The translations under genes were made by a program, and so were the position numbers. Positions 1 through 10,572 of a stretch of DNA of 64,000 nucleotides are shown piece by piece. The stretch lies in the NCBI GenBank assembly GCA_963667785.2, contig CAXXMU010000002.1, forward strand, positions 909,933-973,932, in the 5' to 3' direction. This DNA comes from Alphaproteobacteria bacterium (lineage in GTDB: Bacteria; Pseudomonadota; Alphaproteobacteria; UBA828). The notes under the pieces were generated by a model. It did no database searches. It worked only from the letters and a program-made list of their open reading frames with translations, and was not told where the DNA came from. Numbering within the stretch: position 1 is the stretch's first letter; every line of letters begins with the position of its first letter.

Positions 1-417
1 GTCGACTGCGGCGGGCCGCTCGCGCCTCTCGACAAGGCGGGGCGTGAGGCGGTGGTGCGCCGCTTCGAGGAGACCCGCCCCGAGCAGTTCGAGACGCTCC
101 GCATGGTGAGCGTCCTCGCCTACTACGAGAGCCCCGCCGTGGTGCGCGCCGTGCGCGCCCTCGGCCATGACTACAACGACGCGCCGCAGCCCGCGGGCTA
201 CGCCATGGCGCCCTTCGACGAGCACGACCCGCAGCAGGCGCCCGCGCACCGGCGCGGGAGCTACGTCAGGACCGAGGACGTGACCCGTCTCGACCTCGCG
301 CCGCTGCCGGCCGATCCGCTCGCGCCGGAGACCGTCACCGGCGACGACGCGGTGGCGAGCGGCCGCGGCGCCATCGCCAGGGGCGCGGGCAGCCGGCCGG
401 CAAGCGAGCGGACATAG
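1..417 (+). CDS. Gluconate 2-dehydrogenase subunit 3-like protein (5' truncated by window edge)
   Basis: Frame is open from position 1; 'F..LR....LAYYESPAV..ALG....APQPAGY' pattern typical of GMC small-subunit proteins; GMC oxidoreductase two genes downstream. Confidence 0.55.
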   Translation, partial: VDCGGPLAPLDKAGREAVVRRFEETRPEQFETLRMVSVLAYYESPAVVRAVRALGHDYNDAPQPAGYAMAPFDEHDPQQAPAHRRGSYVRTEDVTRLDLAPLPADPLAPETVTGDDAVASGRGAIARGAGSRPASERT

Positions 418-438
418 GGCCGGGAGCAGGGACGAACC

Positions 439-1518
439 ATGGCCAGCGTCGAGATCAGGAACGTCTACAAGTCCTTCGGGCCCGTCGAGGTGATCCACGG
501 CATCGACGTCGACATCGCCGACAAGGAGCTGGTCGTGCTGGTGGGGCCGTCGGGCTGCGGCAAGTCGACGCTGCTCAGGATGATCGCCGGCCTCGAGGAC
601 ATCACCGCCGGCGAGATCGCCATCGGCGAGAGGGTCGTCAACCGGGTCCCGGCCAAGGATCGGAACATCGCCATGGTGTTCCAGTCCTACGCGCTCTATC
701 CGCACATGACCGTCTACCGCAACATGTCCTTCGGCCTGCGCATGCGGAAGATCCCGAAGGACGAGCAGGATCGCCGCATCGCCTGGGCGGCGGAGATCCT
801 GGAACTCACGGACTACCTCAAGCGCTATCCCCGCCAGCTCTCGGGCGGGCAGAGGCAGCGCGTCGCCATGGGGCGCGCCCTGGTGCGCGAGCCCATCGCC
901 TTCCTCTTCGACGAGCCGCTCTCGAACCTCGACGCCCAGCTCCGCGTGCAGATGCGGACCGAGATCCGCGAGCTGCACCAGCGGCTGCAGACCACCATGA
1001 TCTACGTCACCCACGATCAGGTGGAGGCCATGACGCTCGCCGACCGCATCGTCGTCATGCGCGACGGCTACATCGAGCAGATCGGCGCGCCCGCGCACGT
1101 CTACGACCGGCCGGCCAACACCTTCGTCGCGGGCTTCATCGGCTCGCCGCAGATGAACCTGCTGCCCGGCACGCTCGGCGCGGACGGCGGCATCGCGCTG
1201 GAGGGCGGCGTCACCGTGCGCCCGGATGGCGGCCTGCCGGCGGAGCCCGGCCGGGCCGTCCTCTACGGCATCCGGCCGGAGGACCTCCGCCTCGTCGGCG
1301 AGGGCGAGGGCTTCGCGCTCACGCTCGACGTGGTCGAGACCACCGGCCGCGAGATCGAGCTGTTCGGCACCCTCGGCGCGCGGCGACTCTGCGTGCTGCT
1401 GCAGGCGCGCGCCTCCGTCCGCCCCGGCGAGACCGTGTGGATCAGCCCCGACCCGGCGCGCGCCCACATCTTCGACGCGGAAACCGGCGTTCGCCTGGAC
1501 GCCGCCGGTACGGCCTGA
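439..1518 (+). CDS. Sugar ABC transporter ATP-binding protein (MalK/UgpC family)
   Basis: Walker [28 protein letters not shown] signature, Walker B FLFDEP, YVTHDQ, C-terminal TOBE-type GIRPE. Confidence 0.95.
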   Translation: MASVEIRNVYKSFGPVEVIHGIDVDIADKELVVLVGPSGCGKSTLLRMIAGLEDITAGEIAIGERVVNRVPAKDRNIAMVFQSYALYPHMTVYRNMSFGLRMRKIPKDEQDRRIAWAAEILELTDYLKRYPRQLSGGQRQRVAMGRALVREPIAFLFDEPLSNLDAQLRVQMRTEIRELHQRLQTTMIYVTHDQVEAMTLADRIVVMRDGYIEQIGAPAHVYDRPANTFVAGFIGSPQMNLLPGTLGADGGIALEGGVTVRPDGGLPAEPGRAVLYGIRPEDLRLVGEGEGFALTLDVVETTGREIELFGTLGARRLCVLLQARASVRPGETVWISPDPARAHIFDAETGVRLDAAGTA

Positions 1519-1528
1519 GGCCCGCGCC

Positions 1529-3184
1529 GTGGCGACACGGACGAAGAACGAGCACGCCGACGTCGTCGTCGTCGGCTCCGGCCCCGGCGGCGTGATCCCG
1601 GCCCTGGTGCTGGCGCGGAAAGGGCTCCGCGTGGTCTGCCTCGAGCAGGGCTCGTGGTTCCCGCCGTCCGCGCGTCCCCATCACGGCCGCGACTGGGAGT
1701 GGCGGCGCGCCACCGACTGGGCGATCGCCGTCAACGTGCGCGCGCACCCGCACGACTATCCGGTGGACACCGAGGACGAGACGACGCTGATGTGGAACGG
1801 CGTCGGCGGCTCCACCGGCATCTACACCGCCACCTGGCCGCGCTACCGGCCGTCAGACTTCCGCAAGGGCACCGAGCACGGCCTCGCGCCGGACTGGCCG
1901 ATCGCCTACGAGGACCTGGCGCCCTACTTCGAGATGGCGGACGAGGCCTGCGGCGTCTCCGGCTGGGCGGGCGATCCCGCCATGCCGCCGCGCGGCCCCT
2001 TCCAGACCCGCCCCGGCCCGCGCGGGGCCATGGGCGCGGTCGTCGCGCGCGGCTTCGATGCGCTCGGCTGGCACTGGTGGCCCATGCCGTGCGCCATCCT
2101 GGCGGAGGGCTACGACGGCCGCCTCGCCTGCAACAACTGCGGCGCCTGCCAGAGCGGGTGCCCGCGCGGCTCGCTCAACGACATGGCGGTGACCCACTGG
2201 CCGAGGGCGCTTGCCGCAGGCGTCGAGCTCAGGACCGACAGCCGGGTCGAGCGGATCGAGACCGATGCCGCGGGCCGCGCCACCGGGGTCGTCTACGTCG
2301 AGCGCAACACCGGCGTCCGCCACCACCAGACGGCTGACGTGGTGATCCTCGCCGCCAACGGAGTCGGCACGCCGCGCCTGCTGCTGCTCTCGGAGAGCGC
2401 GGCGCACCCGAAGGGCCTCGCCAACCGCTCCGACCAAGTGGGCCGCAACCTGATGCACCACACCCTCGGCATGGTGGAGTGCTGGGTCGACGCGCCGACG
2501 GAAGCGCACAAGGGGCTGATCTCTGCCATCGCGATCTGCGAGGAGTTCGCGGAGAGCGACACGTCGCGCGGCTTCGTCAACGGCTTCACGCTGCACATCG
2601 TCCGCCAGAACGGCGCCGGCTATCAGGCGCTGGGCTCGCACTCCGGCAACGCCGCGCCTTGGGGGGCGGCGCACCATGCCTGGTTCGCCCGGCACTTCGG
2701 GCACGGCATCGGCATCCTGATCGTGGGCGACGACCTGCCGCGGCCCGGAAACCGCGTCACCCTTTCCGACGACGTGGTCGATTCCTCGGGCCTGCCGGCG
2801 CCCCGCATCGCCTACGGCATGTGCGAGAACGACGGCAGGCTCGCGCGCTTCGGCATCGACCGCGCGGTGGAGCTGGCAGGCGCCATGGACGCCTGGGACA
2901 TCAAGGTCAATCCCTTCCGCGATGCGAGCGGCGTCTACGCCCCGCCCGCCTGGCACCTGCTCGGCACCGCGCGCATGGGCGCCGACCCGGAGACCTCCGT
3001 CGTCACCAAGTGGCACCAGAGCTGGGACTGCCCCAACCTCTACATCACCGACGGGTCCGTCATGGCCACCGGCGCCGCGATCAATCCGACCAGCACGATC
3101 TCGGCGCTGGCCTACCGCGCCGCCCACCGCCTCGCCGACAATTTCGCCGACGCCCGCCGGGCGCAGGGCCCGCTGCTGGAGTAG
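1529..3184 (+). CDS. GMC family FAD oxidoreductase
   Basis: GTG start 11 nt after the previous stop; VVVGSGPGG FAD motif, VGGST, CNNCGACQSGC Cys cluster, HLLGTARMG and NPTST C-terminal motifs. Confidence 0.9.
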   Translation: MATRTKNEHADVVVVGSGPGGVIPALVLARKGLRVVCLEQGSWFPPSARPHHGRDWEWRRATDWAIAVNVRAHPHDYPVDTEDETTLMWNGVGGSTGIYTATWPRYRPSDFRKGTEHGLAPDWPIAYEDLAPYFEMADEACGVSGWAGDPAMPPRGPFQTRPGPRGAMGAVVARGFDALGWHWWPMPCAILAEGYDGRLACNNCGACQSGCPRGSLNDMAVTHWPRALAAGVELRTDSRVERIETDAAGRATGVVYVERNTGVRHHQTADVVILAANGVGTPRLLLLSESAAHPKGLANRSDQVGRNLMHHTLGMVECWVDAPTEAHKGLISAIAICEEFAESDTSRGFVNGFTLHIVRQNGAGYQALGSHSGNAAPWGAAHHAWFARHFGHGIGILIVGDDLPRPGNRVTLSDDVVDSSGLPAPRIAYGMCENDGRLARFGIDRAVELAGAMDAWDIKVNPFRDASGVYAPPAWHLLGTARMGADPETSVVTKWHQSWDCPNLYITDGSVMATGAAINPTSTISALAYRAAHRLADNFADARRAQGPLLE

Positions 3185-3201
3185 GCCTCCGCCCGGCCCT
3201 C

Positions 3202-3996
3202 CTACTGCGCGGTCCAGCCGCCGTCGATCAGGAGGCTCGTGCCGGTGATCAGGCTGGCCGCGTCGCTCGCGAGGAAGACCACCGCCCCCATCACGTCGGG
3301 CAGCTCGCCGAGGCGGCCGAGGGCGATGCGGCTCATCGTGTCCTCCCGGAAGACCGGGTCGTCGAGGAAGGGCCGCGTCATCGGCGTCGATATGAAGGTG
3401 GGCGCGATGGCGTTGACCCGGATGCGGTGGGGCGCGAGGTCCATCGCCATCGCCTTGGTCATGCCCTCGACGGCGTGCTTGGTGGCGCAGTAGACCGTGC
3501 GCCTCGGCCCGCCGACATGGCCCATCTGCGAGGACATGTTGATGATGACGCCGCCCCGCCCCGCCGCCACCATCTCGCGGGCGGCGGCCTGGGCGCAGAA
3601 GTAGGCGCCGCGCACGTTGATGTCCATGACGGCGTCGAAGTCGGCCACCGTCACGTCGAGGAGGGGCGCCGGGCGGTTGCCGCCGGCGTTGTTGACGAGA
3701 GTATCGACCGGCCCGAGCGCAGCCAGCGCCGCCGCCGTCCGCTCCACATCGGCGATGTCGAGCGGCAGCGTCTCCGCAGAGCCGCCCGCCGACGCGATCT
3801 CGTCCGCCACCCGCTCGAGCGCATCCCGGCCCCGCGCCGCGAGCACCACGTGGGCGCCGGCCTCGGCGAGCGCCGCGGCGCAGGCGCGGCCGAGGCCGCG
3901 GCTCGCGCCGGTGACCAGCGCCCGCCTGCCGTCGAGCCGGAACGACGGCGTTCGCGGCAGGGCGTCGTCGGCCGTACCGGCGCCGGAATCAGGCAA
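3202..3996 (-). CDS. SDR family NAD(P)-dependent oxidoreductase
   Basis: [12 protein letters not shown], catalytic YCATK, DGGWTAQ end; overlaps the end of the hisD-like gene. Confidence 0.92.
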   Translation of the reverse strand: MPDSGAGTADDALPRTPSFRLDGRRALVTGASRGLGRACAAALAEAGAHVVLAARGRDALERVADEIASAGGSAETLPLDIADVERTAAALAALGPVDTLVNNAGGNRPAPLLDVTVADFDAVMDINVRGAYFCAQAAAREMVAAGRGGVIINMSSQMGHVGGPRRTVYCATKHAVEGMTKAMAMDLAPHRIRVNAIAPTFISTPMTRPFLDDPVFREDTMSRIALGRLGELPDVMGAVVFLASDAASLITGTSLLIDGGWTAQ

Positions 3997-5278
3997 GGTT
4001 CCTGCCGCCGTAACGGCGCACGCGGATGTCCGCCTGCTCCTTGTGCCCGGCGAATCCCTCCAGCGCGCAGAGGCGGGAGCAGTACTCGCCCACCATGGCG
4101 GAGGCCTCGTCGGTCAGCACCCGCTGGTAGGTGCAGGTCTTGAGGAACATGCCGACCCAGAGGCCGCCGGTGTAGCGCGCGGCCCGGCGCGTCGGCAGGG
4201 TGTGGTTGGTGCCGATCACCTTGTCGCCGTAGGAGACGTTGGTGCGGGGCCCGAGAAAGAGCGCGCCGTAGTTGGTCATGCGCGCGAGGAACCAGTCCGG
4301 GTCCCCGGTCATCACCTGCACGTGCTCGGCGGCGATCTCGTCCGCCACCGCCACCATCTCGTCGAGCGACTCGCAGACGATCACCTGGCCGTAGTCGCGC
4401 CAGGCCTGGCCCGCGATCCCGGCCGTCGGCAGGACGGTGAGCTGGCGCTCGACCTCGGCCATGGTCTCGCGCGCGAGCCTCTCGGAGTTCGTCAGCAGCG
4501 TCGCCGGCGAGGTGGGGCCGTGCTCGGCCTGGCCGAGAAGGTCGGCGGCGCAGAGCTCGCCGTCCACGCTCTCGTCGGCGATCACCAGGGTCTCGGTGGG
4601 GCCCGCCAGCAGGTCGATGCCGACGCGGCCGAAGAGCTGGCGCTTGGCCTCAGCCACGAAGGCGTTGCCGGGGCCCACCAGCATGTCGACCGGCGCGATG
4701 CTGCCGGTCCCCAGCGCCATCGCGCCCACCGCCTGGATGCCGCCGATGACGTAGATCTCGTCGGCGCCCGCGAGGTGCTGGGCGGCGACGATGGCCGGCG
4801 CGGGCCCGCCCTCGAAGGGCGGCGCGCAGGTGGCGATGCGCTCGACGCCCGCCACCTTCGCCGTCACCACCGACATGTGGGCGGACGCCAGCAGCGGATA
4901 CTTGCCGCCGGGCACGTAGCAGCCGACAGCGTTCACGGGGATGTTCCTGTGGCCGAGCACCACGCCGGGCAGGGTCTCGACCTCGACGTCCTGCAGCGCG
5001 TCCCTCTGGACCTGCGCGAAGTTCCGGATCTGCTCCTGCGCGAACAGGATGTCGTCCCTGTCCTGCCCCGTGAGCCGGGCGAGGCAGGCCTCGATCTCGC
5101 CCGCGCTCAGCCGGAAGTCCTCGCGCTCCCAGTTGTCGAACTTGAGCGACATCTCGCGCACCGCCGCATCGCCCCGGCTCGCGATGTCGTTCAACGCGTC
5201 CTCCACGACGCGGCGGACCTTCTCGTCCGCCGCCGCCGCCTCGGCATCGCTGATGCCGGTCTTCAGGTATCGAGGCAT
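3989..5278 (-). CDS. Histidinol dehydrogenase homolog (HisD/HpsN-like paralog)
   Basis: [49 protein letters not shown]; start MPRYLK resembles HpsN-type paralogs; no his genes nearby. Confidence 0.88.
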   Translation of the reverse strand: MPRYLKTGISDAEAAAADEKVRRVVEDALNDIASRGDAAVREMSLKFDNWEREDFRLSAGEIEACLARLTGQDRDDILFAQEQIRNFAQVQRDALQDVEVETLPGVVLGHRNIPVNAVGCYVPGGKYPLLASAHMSVVTAKVAGVERIATCAPPFEGGPAPAIVAAQHLAGADEIYVIGGIQAVGAMALGTGSIAPVDMLVGPGNAFVAEAKRQLFGRVGIDLLAGPTETLVIADESVDGELCAADLLGQAEHGPTSPATLLTNSERLARETMAEVERQLTVLPTAGIAGQAWRDYGQVIVCESLDEMVAVADEIAAEHVQVMTGDPDWFLARMTNYGALFLGPRTNVSYGDKVIGTNHTLPTRRAARYTGGLWVGMFLKTCTYQRVLTDEASAMVGEYCSRLCALEGFAGHKEQADIRVRRYGGRNLA

Positions 5279-5312
5279 CGGGATTTCCGCTCCCTGTTGC
5301 GCCGCGGGGCCT

Positions 5313-5597
5313 TCAGGTCTCGACCGTGACCCCGCGCCAGAAGGCGACATGGTCGCGGATGTTCGCGGCGGCCGGTTTGGGGTCGGGGTAGTACCAGGCG
5401 GCGTCGGCGTTGCGCTCGCCCGCGATCTCGATGGTCCAGTAGTGCGCCGTGCCCTTCCAGCCGCAGACGGTCGTCGTCTCGCTGGGGCTGAGGAACGCCT
5501 GCCTCACCGAGCCCGGCGGGAAGTAGAGGTTGCCCTCGACGGTCTCGCAGTCGTCGCTCTCGGCGATGATCTGCCCTCGCCAGATCGCGCGCGCCAT
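5313..5597 (-). CDS. DUF427 domain protein
   Basis: [35 protein letters not shown] motifs. Confidence 0.9.
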   Translation of the reverse strand: MARAIWRGQIIAESDDCETVEGNLYFPPGSVRQAFLSPSETTTVCGWKGTAHYWTIEIAGERNADAAWYYPDPKPAAANIRDHVAFWRGVTVET

Positions 5598-5610
5598 GGT
5601 GCGCCCGCGA

Positions 5611-5928
5611 TCAGGCCGCGGTGGAGATCGCGCCCATGTCGTTGTCGACGATCACCGGCGATTCGAAGTACTCGATCTCGGGCTCGACGCCCAGGCGCTC
5701 GCGTATACCGGCCCGCCAGGCCGCGTCATAGAGGCGCTCGGCATCCTCTCGCGACTCGAAGAGATAGACGCCGCCGCCGGTCCGGCCGTCCTCGGACAGG
5801 AGATAGTATTTCCGGATCAGGCCCTGGACGCCCTGGTAGAGCGGCGCGGACGCCTCGAACGCGGCCCTGGCCGCCTCGCGCGTCTTGTCCTCGGGCAGCG
5901 CGAAACGGACGATTGCGGTTACCGCCAT
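5611..5928 (-). CDS. YdhR-like dimeric alpha-beta barrel putative monooxygenase
   Basis: GLIRKYY..EDG..GGGVYLFES pattern; GGAGG RBS. Confidence 0.8.
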   Translation of the reverse strand: MAVTAIVRFALPEDKTREAARAAFEASAPLYQGVQGLIRKYYLLSEDGRTGGGVYLFESREDAERLYDAAWRAGIRERLGVEPEIEYFESPVIVDNDMGAISTAA

Positions 5929-6025
5929 GGTTCAGCCTCCTCGGTTCGCCATTCCGTCCCCAGAATACCGCCCGCACCCCACGGGGTCATCAGACGCGGT
6001 GGGCGACCGCCCCCGCCCCATGCCG

Positions 6026-6319
6026 TCATTCGACGCCCTCGGTCACCCGGAAGTCGCGCTCGACCGCGCCTTCGAGCTTCGCGGCCGCGGCCTGGTAGGC
6101 GGAACCCTTGTAGGTGGCGAGCGCCTGTTCGAAGCTCGGGAACTCGACGACGACGGTGCGCTCGACAATGCCGGCACCGAAGGCCTGGACCCGGCCGCCG
6201 CGCGCCAGGAACGTGCCGCCACCGGCCAGGATCGCGGGCCTTGCGAGCTTGGCGTACTCCGCGAGCGCGTCGGGATCCTTGATCTCCCGATAACAGCTTA
6301 CCCAGTAACCCTTCGCCAT
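6026..6319 (-). CDS. DUF1330 domain protein
   Basis: MAKGYW, GGTFLARGG, RTVVVEFPSFEQA..Y...YQAA; AGGAGG RBS before the ATG at 6319. Confidence 0.9.
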   Translation of the reverse strand: MAKGYWVSCYREIKDPDALAEYAKLARPAILAGGGTFLARGGRVQAFGAGIVERTVVVEFPSFEQALATYKGSAYQAAAAKLEGAVERDFRVTEGVE

Positions 6320-6450
6320 TCCGTCCTCCTTCTGGTCGTGCGACCGACGCCCTCCGGGTCGTCGGCGCATCGACAGCCTAATGTCCCGTTTCCAAAGTTC
6401 ATACGGCCTAGCTAGTAGGTGATCTCACCGATCCCGCCCCTCCCACAAGT

Positions 6451-6545
6451 CGTCATGCCCGGGCTTGTTCCGGGCATCTTTCTCGGCAAGGCCCACCCGT
6501 CGCCGGGCAAGGGCGTGGATGCCCGGAACAAGCCCGGGCATGACG
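6451..6545. repeat. REP-like palindromic element, family 1, copy 1
   Basis: Perfect 28-bp inverted repeat CGTCATGCCCGGGCTTGTTCCGGGCATC (6451-6478) / GATGCCCGGAACAAGCCCGGGCATGACG (6518-6545); related copies at 23759 and 40667. Confidence 0.9.
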
Positions 6546-6629
6546 GCAGGGGGGGAGAGCACGGACGACTCCATGCGCGCGACCGGCCGTACTAAGATGC
6601 ACGCACGCCTCGGCCGGGCGGAGGGGAGC

Positions 6630-7913
6630 ATGACCGGCTACACGAGCGAGCAGTTGCAGGCGATGGTGCAGCCCGACCGGGTGCACCGCGCCATCTACAC
6701 CGACCCGGCGATCTTCGAGATCGAGATGGAGAAGATCTTCCGCCGGGTGTGGCTCTATGTCGGCCACGAGAGCCTGGTGCCGAACCCGGGCGACTACTAC
6801 TGCACCCACCTCGCCCGCCAGCCGGTGGTGCTGAGCCGGCACGCGGACGAGGGCATCTGCGTGCTGTTCAACCGCTGCGGCCACAGGGGCGCCAAGGTGC
6901 TCAACGCCGAGCGCGGCAACGCCAAGGTCTTCACCTGCATGTATCACGGCTGGAGCTTCCGGCCGAACGGCGCGCTCGCCGGCGTGCCCATGCGGAAGGA
7001 CTTTCCCGAAGAGGCGCTCGGGGACCCGCAGTCCGGCATGACGCGGCTGCCCAGGGTGGAGAGCTATCGCGGCTTCGTCTTCGCCTCCTTCAACCCGGAC
7101 GCCGAGCCCCTGCTGGACTATCTGGCCGAGGCCCGGCGCGGCATCGACGAGCTGGTGGACCGCTCGCCGGACGGCCAGGTGGCGCTCTCGGCCGGCTGCC
7201 ACCGCTACCACTATCGCGGCAACTGGAAGCTCCAGCTCGAGAACCTGGCGGACATGTACCACCCTGCCGCCTGCCATGCGTCGACCGTCGGCCCCGACGG
7301 CCGGCAGTTCAAGCGCCGCGCCGGCACGCAAGGCGGGGACGCCGCGTTCTTCGCGCCCAACGGCGAGGCCATCGTCGCCCAGACCGGCGTGCGCGGCCTC
7401 AACAACCGACACAGCTCCGAGGCCTCGCTCTTCGACCGCGAGCAGTCGGGCGGGCACTGGGACGACTATCGCGCCATCATGGTGCAGCGCTACGGCGAGG
7501 AGCGCACCGCCGACATCCTCAAGAACCGCCGCCACAGCATGACCTTCTTCCCCAGCTCCGACATCCTGCTGGCGCAGACCTCGGTGCGCGTGATCCGGCC
7601 GGTGGCGGTGGACTTCACCGAGGTCGAGGTCTGGCCGGTCCGCCTCGAGGGCGCGCCGGAGAGCATCTCGGACGACCTCGTGCGCTTCGTGAACATCACC
7701 CATGCCGCCGCCTCGTTCATCCAGTCCGACGACATGGAGGCCTTCGAGCGCTGCCAGGAGGGGCTCACGACGCAGGGCTCGGACTGGGTGCTGGTGGCGC
7801 GCGGCCTCGGCGCCGAGATCGACGAGGGCTCGGGCGTGCTCTTCGGCCCGCGCTCCAGCGAAGTCGGCCAGCGCGCCCAGCACGAGGCCTGGCGCGACCT
7901 GATGGGCGCATGA
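6630..7913 (+). CDS. Rieske aromatic ring-hydroxylating oxygenase alpha subunit
   Basis: Rieske motif NRCGH...CMYHGW; mononuclear Fe motif ENLADMYHPAACH and DDMEAFERCQ; GGAG RBS before the ATG at 6630. Confidence 0.93.
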   Translation: MTGYTSEQLQAMVQPDRVHRAIYTDPAIFEIEMEKIFRRVWLYVGHESLVPNPGDYYCTHLARQPVVLSRHADEGICVLFNRCGHRGAKVLNAERGNAKVFTCMYHGWSFRPNGALAGVPMRKDFPEEALGDPQSGMTRLPRVESYRGFVFASFNPDAEPLLDYLAEARRGIDELVDRSPDGQVALSAGCHRYHYRGNWKLQLENLADMYHPAACHASTVGPDGRQFKRRAGTQGGDAAFFAPNGEAIVAQTGVRGLNNRHSSEASLFDREQSGGHWDDYRAIMVQRYGEERTADILKNRRHSMTFFPSSDILLAQTSVRVIRPVAVDFTEVEVWPVRLEGAPESISDDLVRFVNITHAAASFIQSDDMEAFERCQEGLTTQGSDWVLVARGLGAEIDEGSGVLFGPRSSEVGQRAQHEAWRDLMGA

Positions 7914-8431
7914 GCAGCGTCACCGCACAAGCCCGCGCCGCCGCCGGCTCCAACGTCGTCGGCCTCGACGAGCTGCGCCGCTTCATCGAGCACGAGGCCG
8001 ACCTGCTGGACGAGCGGCGCTTCGACGAGTGGTGCGACCTCTACACCGAGGACGCCGCCTACTGGGTGCCCGCGGCGCCCGAGCAGGAAAGCTGGCTCGA
8101 CCACGTCTCGCTCTTCTACGACGACAAGGCGACGATGCGGACCCGCGTCCAGCGCCTCAACCACCCGAGGATCCACTGCCAGAGCCCGCCCAGCCGCTGC
8201 GTCCGCGTCATCTCAGGCGCCGTGCTCGACGGGGTGTCGACGGACGGCGCCTGGCTGGTCCGCTCCAAGTTCGTGATGGTGGAGGACCGCCCCGGCAGCC
8301 CGCAGCGGGTCTTCGGCGGCCGCTACGCCCACACCATCGTGCACGACGGCGAGCGGCTCCGCATCCGGCTCAAGCGGGTCGATCTCACCAACTGCGACCA
8401 GAGCTTCCCCATGCTCACCCAGCCGTTCTGA
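7910..8431 (+). CDS. Aromatic ring-hydroxylating oxygenase beta subunit
   Basis: EADLLDERRFDEW..LY...YWVP, IRLKRVDLTNCD; ATGA overlap with the alpha-subunit stop. Confidence 0.92.
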   Translation: MSSVTAQARAAAGSNVVGLDELRRFIEHEADLLDERRFDEWCDLYTEDAAYWVPAAPEQESWLDHVSLFYDDKATMRTRVQRLNHPRIHCQSPPSRCVRVISGAVLDGVSTDGAWLVRSKFVMVEDRPGSPQRVFGGRYAHTIVHDGERLRIRLKRVDLTNCDQSFPMLTQPF

Positions 8432-8500
8432 GCGGCGCCCGGCCCGCGCCCCTCCGCCCGCCACCCTGCCCTGCAATTCGATTGACGACGCAACCGAGGC

Positions 8501-9502
8501 ATGTCCATGAGTTTGGCTCCAGACGCGCAGACCGACGCAACCCGACGCGGCGCGCTCACCTACATGGCGACGTCCGCCGAGGCCTCGCTCTATCGCAACG
8601 GCAAGGTGCTCACGCGTCGGGACAGCCAGGGCAACGACGGCGGCAGGGCCGGCCTCGATCTGGAAGAGCGGCAGATGCCGGTTCACGACGCGCGGCGTCT
8701 GGCGAGGCCCGAGCGGCGCACGCTTCACGCCAACGGCTTCGAGCTGCTCGAGCGCCCCCTGCCCGCCCCCGACATCGATTTTCTCAACCACGACCGGGTC
8801 GTGCGCGACTACTACCCGCACTGCGCCGACATCGTCCGGGAGGCGAGCGGCGCCAGCCACGTCGCGGCGTTCGACCACAACGTGCGCTCGGCGTCGGGCA
8901 AGGAGAGCGGGCGCCGCATCGAGGGCGGCCAGCACGTGCAGCCTCCCGCCCACCTGGTGCACGGCGACTACACGCTGACCAGCGGACCGCAGCGGTTGCG
9001 CGATCTGGCGAAGCCGCCCTCCACCAACGACACCTACCGCACGCTGCTGGCGGACGGCGCGACGCTCCTCGACGAGACGCGCGTGGCGCGCGCGCTCGAT
9101 GGGGGCCGCTTCGCGATCATCAATCTCTGGCGCAGCATCGCGCCGGAGCCGGTCGCCACCCACCCGCTCGCGCTCTGCGACGCGACCAGCGTGCGCCCCG
9201 ACGACCTGGTGGTCTTCGAGATCCACTACACCGACCGGATCGGCGAGAACTACTTCGCGAAGCACGCCGACCACCATCGCTGGTACTTCTATCCGGCCAT
9301 GACAGGCGACGAGGCGCTGCTCATCAAGCAGTGGGATTCGGCGGGCGGGCTGGCGCGCTCCGAGGGCGCGAAGGCGGATGCGATGTGCCCGGACTCGCCC
9401 TGCACCTTCAGCTTCCACAGCGCCTTCGAGGATCCGACCACGGCACCGGACGCGCCGGATCGCTGGAGCATCGAGGTCCGCTGCGTCGCGCTCTACGACT
9501 GA
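8501..9502 (+). CDS. CmcJ/NvfI (AsaB/GA4-desaturase-like) Fe(II) oxidoreductase
   Basis: FDHNVRS, VHGDYT (HxD), INLWR, PLALCDA, HRWYFYPAM, FHSAF.DP, RWSIEVR motifs. Confidence 0.8.
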   Translation: MSMSLAPDAQTDATRRGALTYMATSAEASLYRNGKVLTRRDSQGNDGGRAGLDLEERQMPVHDARRLARPERRTLHANGFELLERPLPAPDIDFLNHDRVVRDYYPHCADIVREASGASHVAAFDHNVRSASGKESGRRIEGGQHVQPPAHLVHGDYTLTSGPQRLRDLAKPPSTNDTYRTLLADGATLLDETRVARALDGGRFAIINLWRSIAPEPVATHPLALCDATSVRPDDLVVFEIHYTDRIGENYFAKHADHHRWYFYPAMTGDEALLIKQWDSAGGLARSEGAKADAMCPDSPCTFSFHSAFEDPTTAPDAPDRWSIEVRCVALYD

Positions 9503-9602
9503 GTCCCCGTTCCGTCGATTCGTTTCGCCCGGGCTGCTCCGCCTGCGGTCGCGCCGGGACAAGCGGCTGTTTCCGGGCGATGCCCAGGCGGTAGGGTGAG
9601 GT

Positions 9603-10547
9603 ATGGGAAAGGAGTCGCCGCAGGCAGCGCCAAAGCCGGGCGGGCCCGCACGCACGGGCCAGGCGCACGCGCATGTGCTCGCCTTCCTCATCATCGTCAT
9701 CATCTCCACGTCGTTTCCCCTGGGCGAGCACATCACCCACGGGCTCGACCCGGCGGTGATGATGTGCATCCGCTTCGTCCTGGCTGCGCTCCTCATGGCG
9801 CCCATCGTGGCCTGGCGCGAAGGGCTGGCGCTGCCGACGGCCCGCTCGTGCCTGCGCTATCTCGCGCTCGGCGCGCCGCTCGCCTTCTTCTTCTGGTGCA
9901 TGTTCGAGGCGCTGCGCTACACCAGCGGCCTCAACGAGAGCGCGATCTTCACCATCGTGCCGGGCCTCTCCGCCCTCTTCGGCGCGGTGCTGGTGGGCGA
10001 GCGCCTCGGCCTCCATCGTCTGGCCGCCCTCGGCCTCGGCATGATCGGCGCGCTCTGGGTGATCTTCCGCGGCGATCCTGCGCGCCTCTTCGATCTCGAC
10101 GTCAACATCGGCGACGGGATCTTCCTCGCCGGCTGCTTCGGCTACGCCATCTACAGCTCGCTCATCAAGCTCCTGCACCGGGGCGAGCCGATCGTGGTGC
10201 AGTCGTTCTGGACGATGGCGGCGGCCGGGCTCTGGTTGCTGGCGGCGAGCAACGTCAAGCTCTGGCGCACCGACTGGGCCGAGGTCGAGGCGGTGGTGCT
10301 CGGCGGCATCGTCTACCTCGCGGTGCTGCCGACCCTCGTCACCTTCTTCCTTACCCAGTACACGACGCTGCGCCTCGGCCCGACGCGGGTGCAGGCCTAC
10401 GGCTACGCGCTGCCGGCGATCGTGCTCCTGCTCGACCTCGCGATCGGCAAGCCCGCGCCGCCGCTGATGACGGTGCCGGGCCTCGCCATCGTGCTGCTGG
10501 CGAGCTTCGTGGTGCAGCGCGGCGCGATCCGCGAGTTCCGCCCCTGA
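9603..10547 (+). CDS. DMT/EamA family transporter
   Basis: About 10 hydrophobic segments in two EamA-like halves; GD.IFLAG motif. Confidence 0.88.
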   Translation: MGKESPQAAPKPGGPARTGQAHAHVLAFLIIVIISTSFPLGEHITHGLDPAVMMCIRFVLAALLMAPIVAWREGLALPTARSCLRYLALGAPLAFFFWCMFEALRYTSGLNESAIFTIVPGLSALFGAVLVGERLGLHRLAALGLGMIGALWVIFRGDPARLFDLDVNIGDGIFLAGCFGYAIYSSLIKLLHRGEPIVVQSFWTMAAAGLWLLAASNVKLWRTDWAEVEAVVLGGIVYLAVLPTLVTFFLTQYTTLRLGPTRVQAYGYALPAIVLLLDLAIGKPAPPLMTVPGLAIVLLASFVVQRGAIREFRP

Positions 10548-10572
10548 GGCCGCAGCCAAGCGAGACGGTGCC

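Noticed and set aside
3989-5278. Housekeeping hisD
   Set aside because: Paralog-type motifs, coupling to an SDR and absence of his genes argue against it; gene symbol withheld.
6425-6631. Small ORFs containing MPGLVPGIH / SSCPDLFRAS (also 23418-24086 and 40615-40845)
   Set aside because: These are translations of the palindromic repeat, not genes.
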